Positions 11,962 to 24,928 are shown, counted from the stretch's first letter. The stretch is DNA of 32,000 bases from Candidatus Saccharimonadota bacterium (GCA_015134435.1 CP043989.1:150001-182000), one strand, 5' to 3'. Numbers and translations are program-made. Notes: generated by a model not told the origin, from the letters alone.

Positions 11962-13335
11962 TTAATTAAAATATCAATAACTATTATAATTTTTATCTTG
12001 TATAGATATATTATTTTTTAATAATTTTTTTCTTATTCAATCTGCTATTTTTCATTTTTTTAATAAACGAGCTTTATTACGTAAATTAATAAATTTATTT
12101 ATTTTATTTATATAAACAATTTTATTTCTATTTTTATTTAAAAAATAATTTATATTATTTTCATTTAATAAACCAAAAAAATTAGCAAAATATTTCATTT
12201 TTTTACCAATTTTACTAGCTAAAATATAATTACCATTATATTTTAAAATATTAATTTTATTAACCATATTAAAAAATAAAGAATATATTTTAGGTATATT
12301 AAAATCATCATTCATATATAAATAAAAATAATAATCAAATTTCTTTAAATAATTTTTATCTTTATTAGATAAAGATATATTTAAATTTAAATCTCTTAAA
12401 CAAAAATATATTTTTTTTATAGATAATTCAGCTTTATCTAAATATTTTAAATTAAAATTTAAATTTTTTCTATAATGAGTAGACATAAGAAAAAATTTAA
12501 TTATATCAGGGTGATAAATTTTTAATAAATCTTTTATTATAAAATAATTATTTTTTGATTTAGATAATTTACCATAATCATTTATAACCATACCAGTATG
12601 TATTCAATTTTTAACCAAATATTTATTTTTAAATAAACATTTAGATAAAATAAATTCATTTTCATGATGAGGAAAAATTAAATCTAAACCACCTCCATGT
12701 ATATCAATATTTTTTAAATATTTATAACTCATAATAGAACATTCTATATGTCAACCAGGTCTACCTACCCCTCATGGGGATTCTCAACCAAAATTTTTAA
12801 TTTTAGAATTAATATTTAATTTTCATAATACAAAATTAGATTTAAAATTATTTAAATTTTTATTTTTTATTATATTATTACCATAATTTTTAATTAATTT
12901 TATATTAAATAAAATATCACCATTATAAGATATATAAGCATAATTAAATTTAATTAATTTTTTTATAAAAAAAATTATTAAATTTATATGATTACTTGTT
13001 TTAGGTTCAAAATTAGGTTTTTTAAAATTTAATTTATTAAAATCTTTATTCATATTAAAAATCATTAAATCAGATAAATTTTTAATAGAAATATTATATT
13101 TATTAGAATTAAAAATTATTTTATCATCAATATCTGTTATATTTCTAATATAATTACATTTATATTTTAAATATTCTAAATATTTTATTAAAATATCAAA
13201 AAAATAAAAAGTTCTAGCATGACCTATATGACAATAATTAGATATTGTAACACCACAAACATATAAATTAATATTTTTATTACTTTTAATAAAAAATTCT
13301 TTTTTATTATTTAATGTATTAAAAATTTTTAACAT
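11962..13335 (-). CDS. cysS: Cysteinyl-tRNA synthetase
   Basis: Track ORFs 12823..13335 and 12052..12591 are in one frame. The apparent stop at 12052-12054 is TGA. The frame continues through two more TGAs to TAA at 11962-11964, giving a C-terminus [32 protein letters not shown] that matches my recollection of CysRS. Other motifs are HIGH (CHIGHARTF), the zinc/Trp-rich [25 protein letters not shown] and KLSKS. The product is 457 aa. Confidence 0.92.
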
Positions 13336-13366
13336 TTTTTTATATAATTACTTTTAAAAATAATAT

Positions 13367-13755
13367 AAATATTTAATTATAAGCCGGATTCTGTTTATTT
13401 TAATTTAAAATAAGACAATCATTTATCTAGATTAATAATTACTTATTAATTCAAGCAGCATACCATTAAAAATAAAATATATGCATGGATAATTACATTA
13501 TTTTATATAATAAATATATAAATATTTTATTTTAAAATTTAGCCTTGCTCCAAATGGAGTTTACACATATATTATATTACTATAATATATAGTATATTCT
13601 TAATATACTTTTTCACCCTTACCAAAAATGGCGGTTATTTTCTGTTGCACTTTTCATAAAATAATAATATTTTTCCAGAAATTATCTGGCATTCTATCCT
13701 AAGGAGTCCGGACTTTCCTCTATTTTTTAATATAGCGATTGTCAATTAAATATTT
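13367..13755 (-). ncRNA. rnpB: RNase P RNA (bacterial type A), reduced and AT-rich; ends approximate (+/-10 nt)
   Basis: The reverse complement carries the universal core blocks in order: GAGGAAAGTCCGGACTCC, GCCAGATAATTTCTGG, GTGCAACAGAAAATAACCGCC, GGTAAGGGTGAAAAAG, AAACTCCATTTGGAGCAAGGCTAAAT, CTGCTTGA, CTAGATAAATGATTGTC and ACAGAATCCGGCTTA. P1 is TTTAATT/AATTAAA (extendable to 12 bp) and P2 is GACAATC/GATTGTC. There is no ORF here, and it is a GC island in AT-rich flanks. Confidence 0.85.
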
Positions 13756-15202
13756 ATTTATTTTTTTTATAAGGATTATATATTTCTTTAAATTTTAAAA
13801 ATATTTTAAATCCTTTAAAATTTAATTTTTTCATATAAAAATTTAATAAATATTTCTTATAAGAATTATTTATTAAATTAATTTTATTTCCATATATAAT
13901 AATTATTAAAGGGTAATATTTACATATAAATGCATATCTTAAATTAAAAATATTACTATTTTTATTTTTATTAAAAATTTTTAAAATATTATTTATTTTT
14001 AAATTAGTTATATTATTTAAAAAAATATTTTTATAATTTAAATATATAGTTTTATATATATTATTAATAATTTCTAAATTATTATTTAAACAAGATATAA
14101 AATATATATCCATATATTTCATAATATCATATTTTTTAATTAAAAAATTTTTATATTTTTTTAAATAATTATAATTTAAATTATCACATTTATTAAATAA
14201 AACTATTAAATATTTACCTTTTTTTAAAAAATAATTTAATATATTTAAATCAAATTTACATATATTATTATTAATATTTATAACATATAAAATAATTTTA
14301 AATTTTAATTTAACTAAATAAATTATATCATAATAAAAATGTTTTTTTTTACATAAACCAGGAGAATCACTAATTAAATAAAAAATATTTTTATTATAAT
14401 TATATAATGACATTATAAAATTTTTAGTATTATTAAAATTATTAGAAATAAAAGATCTATTACTTTTACATAATAAATTCATTAAACTAGATTTACCAAC
14501 ATTATTTTTTCCTAAAATTATAAATTTTATAATATTATTATATTTAATATTTAATTTAAATTTATTTAAAAAATATTTTTTATAAACACTATAAAATTTA
14601 TCTAAATTAACACAAAATTTTATATTTTTTATATAAAAATTTATATTTTTATTTATAATTTTTTTTTTATTTAATAAATTATATATAAAAAAATTAATAC
14701 TATTTTTATCATATATAGATATATAATATTTATCATTTATACCTAAAGAATAAATATCATTATAATTTATTAAAAATTTATTTAATAAATCTTTTTTAGT
14801 TAATAAAAGTATAATTTTTTTATTATATTTAAATAAAAATTTAGATAAATATTTATCTTTATCTGTAATAAAATTCGAATTAACTAAAAAAAAAATAAAA
14901 TTTACATTTTTAATTAAATTTAAAAATTTTTTTTTTAAATTTAATAAAAAATTATTTTTTATTATTTTTTTATTTTTTAAAAAAATAAAATTCTCTATAT
15001 TAATACAATCAATTAATATTATATTTTTATTCAAAATTAAAAACTTTTTATCTAAAAAAGCATAATTATAATCAAAATTAAAATATTTATTTTTATTAAT
15101 ATATAAATTTTTATTAATAAATGAAAAATTAGTATTAGTTAATAAATTAAATAAACTTGTTTTACCAACATTTAAACTACCAATTATAGCTATATTTAAC
15201 AT
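13754..15202 (-). CDS. der: Ribosome-associated GTPase Der (EngA), tandem G domains plus KH-like C-terminus
   Basis: This is an uninterrupted 482-aa ORF. G domain 1 has the P-loop GSLNVGKT. G domain 2 has GKNNVGKS, DSPG and NKCD. The C-terminal RYAFICKYYPLIIIIYGN and YNPYKK match the Der KH domain (KLKYA..G..PP..VIHGN; ENPY). Confidence 0.88.
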   Translation of the reverse strand: MLNIAIIGSLNVGKTSLFNLLTNTNFSFINKNLYINKNKYFNFDYNYAFLDKKFLILNKNIILIDCINIENFIFLKNKKIIKNNFLLNLKKKFLNLIKNVNFIFFLVNSNFITDKDKYLSKFLFKYNKKIILLLTKKDLLNKFLINYNDIYSLGINDKYYISIYDKNSINFFIYNLLNKKKIINKNINFYIKNIKFCVNLDKFYSVYKKYFLNKFKLNIKYNNIIKFIILGKNNVGKSSLMNLLCKSNRSFISNNFNNTKNFIMSLYNYNKNIFYLISDSPGLCKKKHFYYDIIYLVKLKFKIILYVININNNICKFDLNILNYFLKKGKYLIVLFNKCDNLNYNYLKKYKNFLIKKYDIMKYMDIYFISCLNNNLEIINNIYKTIYLNYKNIFLNNITNLKINNILKIFNKNKNSNIFNLRYAFICKYYPLIIIIYGNKINLINNSYKKYLLNFYMKKLNFKGFKIFLKFKEIYNPYKKNK

Positions 15203-15213
15203 AATTAAAAAAA

Positions 15214-16494
15214 TTAAAATTTTAAAAAATTATTTATAGTATTAACTACATGTAATTTATTAACTTTTTTTTGTTTATTAAAAAATAAATCCTTTATAGT
15301 TATAAAATTACCAAATATTTCTTTTTTATCTATTATAATTAATATACGAATATTATATTTTAATATTTTTTTTATTATAGAATTTAAATTATTATAATAT
15401 TTATGATCATTAAAAATATTATTTTTATTTAAATTAGAATTTAATATTTCTTCTACTATTAATAAACCTAATAATCTAGATTTATTATTATATGAAGCTA
15501 AAATATATATATCAATATTTTTATTAATATATTTTTTTTCTTTATTTATTTCTTTCATAAAAATATATAATCTTTCTAAACCTATAGAACAACCAACAGC
15601 AGGTATTGATAAATTAGATATATATTTTGATAAATAATTATATCTTCCACCAGCACAAACAGTATTAATTTTATTATATTTTGATTTTATTTTTCATTCA
15701 AAAACAAAATCATTATAATAATTTATACCACGAATTAAATTATAATTTATTTTATATTTTATATTTAAAAAATTTAATTTATCACATATATTTTCAAAAT
15801 TAATTAAAGAATTTTTATTAACAAATTTATTTAATTTTGGAAAATCATTAAATATATTTAAAATATTTTCATCCATTAATTTAAAATAATTAATATTATT
15901 TTTTATATTTAATTTTTTTTTTATATACTTTCCATATTTTTTTTTTATAAAATTAATATATTTTTTTCTATCATTTATAGAACCAATAGTATTAATTTCT
16001 AAAATTAAAAAATTATAAATATTTAATTTTTTAAAAAATTTTTTTATTATTAATAATAATTCTATATCTACAATAAAATTTAAACTACCATAAGATTCTA
16101 AACCAATTTGATAAAATTGTCTAAAACGTCCTTTTTGTGGATTTTCATATCTAAACATAGGACCAATATATCAAAATTTATTTAAAAAATTATTCAAATA
16201 TAATTTATTTTGTATATAAGCTCTTAAACATCCTATAGTTCCTTCTGGTCTTAAACTTAATATAATATTATTTTTATCAATAAATGAATACATCTCTTTG
16301 CAAAAAATATCAAAATAATTATTTGAACAATTTTTAAATAATAAATTATTTTCTAATATTGGAAATCTTATTTCTTTAAAAGAATACAATAAAATAATTT
16401 TTTTAAAACATTTTTCTATATAATTTAATATATATATATCATTATAAAAATAATCATGCATACCTTTTAAAGATTTTATTTTTAATTTATTCAT
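15214..16494 (-). CDS. hisS: Histidyl-tRNA synthetase
   Basis: Three track ORFs share one frame, joined by TGA at 16171-16173 ([25 protein letters not shown], E. coli [17 protein letters not shown]) and at 15694-15696 (VFEW, E. coli VYEW). LKGMHDY, LRPEGTIGCLRA and CAGGRY are present. The product is 426 aa. Confidence 0.93.
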
Positions 16495-16523
16495 ATTTTC
16501 AATATATAAAAATAATAATATTA

Positions 16524-16838
16524 TTATAAAATATTATAAAAATAAAAAAATCCTAAAATAATAAAAAAAAATAATTTAATAAAAAAAATATGCTTAAAAT
16601 AAATAAAATTTTTAAATAAATTAATATAAAAATATTTTTTAATAAAATAATTATTAAAAAAATTATTATTATCAATATTAATATTATTTTTATTTTTTTT
16701 TTTTAAAATAATATATATATTTTTTTTATTAATATATATTAAATAAATATAAAAATATATATAATAATAAAAAAAAACAGAAAAAATATTAAAAAAATTA
16801 TAATTTTTTATATTTTTAATAATTTTAATTTTAAACAT
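16524..16838 (-). CDS. Hypothetical 104-aa protein (possible small 2-TM membrane protein, gene remnant, or spurious ORF)
   Basis: This is the only ORF in the 547-bp gap upstream of hisS, on the same strand as hisS, ending in TAA. It has two F/Y/I-rich hydrophobic stretches flanking a K/N-rich linker and no motif I recognise. Poly-T-rich DNA produces such ORFs by chance, as the antisense ORFs in this window show. Confidence 0.25.
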   Translation of the reverse strand: MFKIKIIKNIKNYNFFNIFSVFFYYYIYFYIYLIYINKKNIYIILKKKNKNNINIDNNNFFNNYFIKKYFYINLFKNFIYFKHIFFIKLFFFIILGFFYFYNIL

Positions 16839-17041
16839 AATTTTTTTTTAACATATTTTCTTAAATAAATTTAAAAATTTTTAATTTTTATTAATAATTT
16901 TTATAAAAAATTAATTTTAAATTATTTATTTTATTTAAAAATAAAATAATAAAAATACATATTTAATATATTATATTATATAATAATATATAAATTATTA
17001 AAATATATTATAAATAAATAATATAATCAATTATAAAAATA

Positions 17042-17614
17042 ATGAATAAAAATATTTTAGCTATAGAAATATCTACAGAATTATCTTCTGTAGCAATAAA
17101 ATATAATAATAAAATATATACTAAATATAAATTTATAAATAAAAAAAAAAATCAATATATATTAATATTAATAAAAAAAATAATAAATTTTTATAATATA
17201 AAAATTAAAAAAATTAATTATATTATAATAAATAAAGGTCCAGGAAGTATTATTGGTACAAGAATTGCATTAAATATAGCACAAATATTTAAATTAAAAT
17301 ATAAAAATATAAAAATAATAAAATTAAATTGTTTTAAAATTATTTGTAATAATTTAAAAAAAAAAAATATAAAAAAAAATTTTATTATTAATATATATCA
17401 TAGTATTAATAATATTATTACATATAATAATATTAATAATAAAATTAAAATTATAAAATATAATTGTTTTAAAAAATTTAAAAAAAAAATATTATTTTTA
17501 TCAAAAAAAATAAATATTATAGTAAATAATTATCAATTTAAAAATAAATTAAAAAAAATAATAAAAAGAAAAATTTTAATTATATATCCAAAAGCAAAAT
17601 ATATGTTAAATTAA
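17042..17614 (+). CDS. tsaB: tRNA t6A37 biosynthesis protein TsaB (YeaZ family)
   Basis: ILAIEISTELSSVAI and NKGPGSIIGTRIALNIAQ match TsaB (ILAIDTATEACSVAL; GPGSFTGVRIG). At 190 aa it is shorter than typical TsaB (about 230 aa). Confidence 0.75.
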   Translation: MNKNILAIEISTELSSVAIKYNNKIYTKYKFINKKKNQYILILIKKIINFYNIKIKKINYIIINKGPGSIIGTRIALNIAQIFKLKYKNIKIIKLNCFKIICNNLKKKNIKKNFIINIYHSINNIITYNNINNKIKIIKYNCFKKFKKKILFLSKKINIIVNNYQFKNKLKKIIKRKILIIYPKAKYMLN

Positions 17615-17697
17615 AATATTATATATTTAAATATATTTAAAATAAATATTTATAAAAATATAATTAATAAAAAAATATTAAATATATAATTAAATTT

Positions 17698-18816
17698 TTA
17701 AATTAAAGAATTAAAAAATTTTTTAACATTATTAAAAAAATTTTCAAATTTAGGATTATTTTTTTTTTTAAATTTTTTTAAAGTAACTCCTAAATCATAT
17801 AATAATTTTTTTTGAAATTTATTTAAATTAATTGGAGTTTCAATTACCACTTTACATAATAAATCACCATATTTATTATTTTTTAAATACTTAATACCTT
17901 TATTTTTTATACGAAATATTTTACCAGTTTGCGTTTCTGAAGGAATTTTAAATATTATTTTTTTATTTAAATAAGGAATTTCAATATCACCTCCTAAAGC
18001 AGCGATAGAAAAATTTATAGGTATTTTGCAATATAAATCATTATTAAATCTTTTAAATATAGAATGTTTTTTAATTTTTACTTTAATATATAAATCTCCA
18101 TTTTTTAATTTATATCCACCATAATTACCTTTTCCTATTATACGTATACGATCTCCATTATTTATTCCACAAGGAATTTTAACAGAAAAATTTTTATATC
18201 TTTTTTCAGATCCAGAACCTCTACAAATATAACAAACATCATTAATTATATAACAACTACCACTACAATCCGGACATGTTTGTTGAATAGTAAAAAAACC
18301 TTGTTTTATATATATATTACCATTACCATTGCAAGTATTACAAATTTTACGATTAGTTCCAGGTTTACATCCATTTCCATTACAAATACTACATTTTTGT
18401 AATAAATTAATTTTTATTTTTTTATAAACTCCTTTCATTACTTCTTCTAAAGTAATATTTATTTCACATAATACATCAGAACCAATATTTTTATCATTAT
18501 ACTTAGAATTACTTTTTTTAGAACCAAAAATATCTCCAAATACATCACCAAATATATCACTAAAATCATTATCAGAAGAAAAATCACTATATGTTTCCTC
18601 AGTATGACCATATTGGTCATACATAGATTTTTTTTTATCATCACTTAATATCTCATAAGCTTTTTGTATTTCTTTAAATTTTTCTTCAAAAAATTTATCA
18701 CCTTTATTTCTATCTGGATGATATTTTATAGCTAAACGTTTATAAGCTTTTTTTATTTCTTCTTTATTTGATTGTTTAGAAACACCTAAAATATCATAAT
18801 AATTTTTATTTGACAT
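17698..18816 (-). CDS. dnaJ: Chaperone DnaJ
   Basis: It has a J domain (YYDILGVSKQSNKEEIKKAYKRLAIKYHPDRN), a short G/F region (DIFGDVFGDIFG) and four zinc-finger repeats: CSICNGNG, CNTCNGNG, CPDCSGSC and CYICRGSG. Confidence 0.95.
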   Translation of the reverse strand: MSNKNYYDILGVSKQSNKEEIKKAYKRLAIKYHPDRNKGDKFFEEKFKEIQKAYEILSDDKKKSMYDQYGHTEETYSDFSSDNDFSDIFGDVFGDIFGSKKSNSKYNDKNIGSDVLCEINITLEEVMKGVYKKIKINLLQKCSICNGNGCKPGTNRKICNTCNGNGNIYIKQGFFTIQQTCPDCSGSCYIINDVCYICRGSGSEKRYKNFSVKIPCGINNGDRIRIIGKGNYGGYKLKNGDLYIKVKIKKHSIFKRFNNDLYCKIPINFSIAALGGDIEIPYLNKKIIFKIPSETQTGKIFRIKNKGIKYLKNNKYGDLLCKVVIETPINLNKFQKKLLYDLGVTLKKFKKKNNPKFENFFNNVKKFFNSLI

Positions 18817-18845
18817 TTATATAAACCTACAAATTCATAATATAA

Positions 18846-20764
<1,919 letters not shown>

Positions 20765-20912
20765 AAAATTAATCTTATATAAAATATATAATTACATATT
20801 TATAAATATCAACTATAAAATATAAAAATATTTAATATAAATTATATAATTTTATTTTTTTTTTAATATATAATTAAATATTATAAAAATAATAAAAATT
20901 AATAAAAATAAA

Positions 20913-23723
20913 ATGAAAAAAAAAACAATTATAAATTATAAAAATACAATAAATTTACCAAAAATAAATTTCCCAATGAAAGCTAATTTAAATATAAAAG
21001 AACCAATTATTTTAAAAAAATGAAAAAAAAATAATTTATATTTAAATTTAAAAAAAAAATATATTAATAAAAAATTTATTATACATGATGGACCACCATA
21101 TGCAAATGGAAATATACATATAGGACATGCATATAATAAAATATTAAAAGATATAATAATTAAATATAAAATTTTAATGAAATATAATATTGATTATATT
21201 CCAGGATGAGATTGTCATGGTTTACCTATAGAATTAGAAATTATAAAAAAAAATAAAAATTTATCAAAAAAAAAAAATAATAATAATTTTTATAAATTAT
21301 GTAATAATTATGTTAATAATCAAATAAAAAAACAAAAAAATAATTTTATAAGATTAGGAATATTAGCTGATTGAAAAAACTATTATAAAACAATGAATTT
21401 TAATACTATATCTAATACAATAAAAGTATTAGGTAAACTTATAAAATTAAATTTAATTGAAAGAAAAAAAAAACCTACAAATTGATGTATAAAATGTAAA
21501 TCTTCATTAGCAGAAGCAGAAATAAATTATAAAAAAAAAATATCTAATTCAATTTATTTTTCATTTAAAATATATAATAAAAAAAAATTTTTAAATAAAT
21601 TAAATATTAATTATAAAAAATATAAAAATAATAAATTAGAATTATTAATATGAACAACAACTCCATGAACAATACCTGGTAATTGTGCTATATCAATACA
21701 TCCAAAATATAAATATTCATTAATTAAAAAAAAAAAAATAATATATATTATTATAAAAAATAAAATAAAAGAAATAATAAAAAAAACAAATATAAATTTT
21801 GAAAAAATAATTTCATTAAAAGGTAAATTATTTAAAAATACTTTAATATATCATCCAATTTCAAAAAAAAAAATACCAATAATATTTGATAAAAAAATAA
21901 ATAAAAATATAGGAACAGGAATAATTCATATAGCATCTGAACATGGAGAAGAAGATCATATATTATCAAAAAAAAATAAAATAAAAGGTTTAAATTTAAT
22001 AAAAAATAATGGAAAATATATAAAATATAAATATATTAAAAATATAAAAAATAAAAATATATTAAAAGCAGAATTATTAATTATAAATAAATTAAAAAAA
22101 AATAAAAAATTAATATTTTTTGAAAAATTTTTACATAAATATCCATATTGTTGAAGACATAAAAGTCCAATTATAATAAAATCTACACCTCAATGATTTA
22201 TTAATATAAATAAAAATAATTTAAGAAAAAAATTATTAATATCTATAAAAAAAGTAAAATGAATACCAAAATGGGGATATAAAAAAATAAAAAAAATGAT
22301 AATTAATAGACCTAATTGATGTATATCAAGACAAAGAATATGAGGAACACCAATAACAATATTTATTAATAAAAAAACAAAGAAAATACATCCAAAAACA
22401 ATAAAATTTATAAAAAAAATATCAAATAAAATAAAAAAAATAGGACCCAAATATTGATTTAATATAAATAAAAAAAAATTTCTAGGTAAAAAATGTAATA
22501 AATATAAAAAAGTATTAGATGTATTAGATGTATGATTTGATTCAGGATCAACTTGTTTTACTATAAAAAATCCTAAATTTAAAAAAAATAAAAAAATTGA
22601 TATATATTTAGAAGGATCAGATCAATTTAGAGGATGATTTATGTCATCTTTAATAATATATACAGCAATAAATAATTGTGCACCATATAAAAAAGTAATA
22701 TCTCATGGATTTATAATAAATAAAGATGGTAAAAAAATGTCAAAATCTTTAAAAAATTATATAAAACCAAAAAAAATAATTAAAGATTTTGGATCAGATA
22801 TATTAAGATTATGAACATCTTCAACTAAATTTTATAATGAAATACATATATCAAATGAAATTATATTAAGAATAGTAGAATTATACAGAAAAATTAGAAA
22901 TACAATAAAATTTTTAGTATCAAATTTAGATAATTTTTCATTAAAAAATAATAAAATTAAAAAAAAAAATATAATTTTATTAGATAAATGAATTATACAT
23001 AAAACAAAAAAAACACAAAATAAAATAATATATTTATATAAAAAATTTAAATTTTATAAAATAATTAAAAAAATAACAAAATTTTGCATTATATATTTAA
23101 GTTCAATTTATTTAAATATAATAAAAGATAGAAAATATACTATTAAAAAAAATACTAAAGCTTATAAAAGTACACAAATAACTATATGAATGATTTTAGA
23201 ATCATTAACTAAATGAATATCTCCTATATTATCATTTACAGCAGAAGAAATATGAGAATATCTACCAAATAAAAAAAAAAAATCAATATACGAAGAAAGT
23301 TGATTTAATAAACTTTTTTATTTAAATAAAAAAAATAAAATTAATGAAAATATATGAAAAAAATTAATTTTAATTAAAAATTATTTAAACAAAATTTTAG
23401 AATTAAAAAAAAAAAATAAAATAATAAATTCATCATTAGAAACAAAAATAATATTATATTTAAAAAAAAATTTTTATAATAAAATAAAAAAAATGAAATC
23501 AGAATTAAAATTTTTTTTTATAACATCTAAATTAAATATTAAAATATTAAAAAAAAAAATAAAAAATACTTTTTTTAAAATAAAATGTAAAAAAAATAAT
23601 GGAATTAAATGTAATAGATGTTGACATTATGTAAAAAAACTTAATAAAATAAAAAATTATATTATATGTAAAAGATGTAAAAAAAATATATTTGGAAAAG
23701 GTGAAAAAAGAAAATTTATATAA
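20913..23723 (+). CDS. ileS: Isoleucyl-tRNA synthetase
   Basis: I read the entire frame by hand from ATG at 20913 to TAA at 23721-23723; only TGA codons interrupt it. Motifs include [16 protein letters not shown] (HIGH), WDCHGLP, WIPKWGY...RPNWCISRQRIWGTP, KKMSKS and the C-terminal zinc knuckle KCNRCWHY...[18 protein letters not shown]. The product is 936 aa. It uses both TGA (22260-22262) and TGG (22272-22274) for Trp. Confidence 0.95.
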
Positions 23724-24495
23724 TTTAAAAAAAATGTATAAAGATATAGGACAAAATTTTTTAATAAATAAAAATATTATAAAAAAAATTATAAATATTG
23801 TAAAACCAAAAAAAAAACAAACATTTTTAGAAATAGGATGTGGTACAGGATTATTAACAAAAGAATTATATAAATATACAAAAAAAATAATTGCTATAGA
23901 TATAGATAATAAATTAATTAAATTTTGTAAAAAAAAATACAAAAATATAAAATTTATAAAAAAAGATATATTAAAATTTAATTTTTTAAATTATAAAAAA
24001 AAATTAAGAATAATTGGAAATATACCATATTATATATCTCATAAAATAATATATAAATTAATAAAAAATTATAAATTTATAAATGATATACATATATTAG
24101 TTCAAAAAGAATTTGCTAATAATCTAATTCAAAAAATAAAAAATAAAAAATATTCTAAAACAACATTAATTATAAATTCATTATTTAAAATAAAAAAAAT
24201 AATGAATATAAAAAATTATTTTTTTAAACCTAAACCTAAAATAGAATCAACATTAATAAAATTAATTTCTAATAAAAATAAAAATAATATAAAAGATATA
24301 AATTTTTTTATACATATAACAAATAATATTTTTTATAAAAAAAATAGAAAAATATATAATAATTTAAAAAATTTTATTAATATTAAAGAATTAATAAAAC
24401 ATAATATAAATCCTAATAATAGATTAAATAAAATAAATATAAAAAAATATTATAATATAGTAAATTATATAATAAAAAAAAATAAAAATTTTTAA
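23692..24495 (+). CDS. rsmA: 16S rRNA (adenine1518/1519-N6)-dimethyltransferase RsmA/KsgA
   Basis: GQNFL, the SAM motif LEIGCGTGLLT and GNIPYYIS are present. The start is ambiguous. ATG at 23692 overlaps ileS by 32 nt, while the in-frame ATG at 23734 begins 10 nt after the ileS stop but leaves only 4 residues before GQNFL. Confidence 0.88.
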   Translation: MEKVKKENLYNLKKMYKDIGQNFLINKNIIKKIINIVKPKKKQTFLEIGCGTGLLTKELYKYTKKIIAIDIDNKLIKFCKKKYKNIKFIKKDILKFNFLNYKKKLRIIGNIPYYISHKIIYKLIKNYKFINDIHILVQKEFANNLIQKIKNKKYSKTTLIINSLFKIKKIMNIKNYFFKPKPKIESTLIKLISNKNKNNIKDINFFIHITNNIFYKKNRKIYNNLKNFINIKELIKHNINPNNRLNKINIKKYYNIVNYIIKKNKNF

Positions 24496-24756
24496 TTATA
24501 ATTTATTAATTAATTTAAATAAAATAGATTTATATTTAGAACATTTACTTAAACTAATAAATTTTTTTATATATAATTTATCTAAAATAGATTGAAATTT
24601 ATAAAAATTAATTAAAGAATATTTTTTATTTTTTTTTTTAATAAAATATTTAATTTTTTTAATATAATTTTTTATTATATTTTTTCTAATATTATTAATT
24701 TTATTTCTATAAATATTAATAAGAATTCTTTTTTTAGATGATTTTATATTAGACAT
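24496..24756 (-). CDS. rpsT: 30S ribosomal protein S20
   Basis: MSNIKSSKKR aligns with S20 (MANIKSAKKR), and the C-terminus is LFKLINKL (E. coli AQINKLA). The product is 86 aa and its stop directly abuts the rsmA stop. Confidence 0.9.
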   Translation of the reverse strand: MSNIKSSKKRILINIYRNKINNIRKNIIKNYIKKIKYFIKKKNKKYSLINFYKFQSILDKLYIKKFISLSKCSKYKSILFKLINKL

Positions 24757-24763
24757 AAATTAA

Positions 24764-24768
24764 CTCCT
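24764..24768 (-). promoter_or_regulatory. Shine-Dalgarno sequence for rpsT (AGGAG on the minus strand)
   Basis: CTCCT on the plus strand lies 7 nt upstream of the rpsT ATG at 24756. It supplies 3 of the 11 G/C bases in the whole 577-bp spacer. Confidence 0.55.
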
Positions 24769-24928
24769 AAAATTAAAAATTATAATTTCTATTAAAATAA
24801 TTTATTATAAAATTATTAAATAAATATTTTATTATTTTTAAATAAATTAATAATTTTAATATTTTAATAAAATTAAAATAATTTAATATTTTTTTTAATT
24901 TTAATTTTAATAAAATTTTTAAAAACAA

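Noticed and set aside
18459-18644. A 61-aa minus-strand ORF in an alternative frame within dnaJ.
   Set aside because: It is fully nested, out of frame, in the conserved dnaJ G/F and zinc-finger region and has no independent support.
22190-22450. An 86-aa minus-strand ORF. The 131-aa ORF at 23547..23942 is similar.
   Set aside because: Both are antisense to ileS (the second also to rsmA). Their F/I-rich translations are typical of poly-T artefacts.
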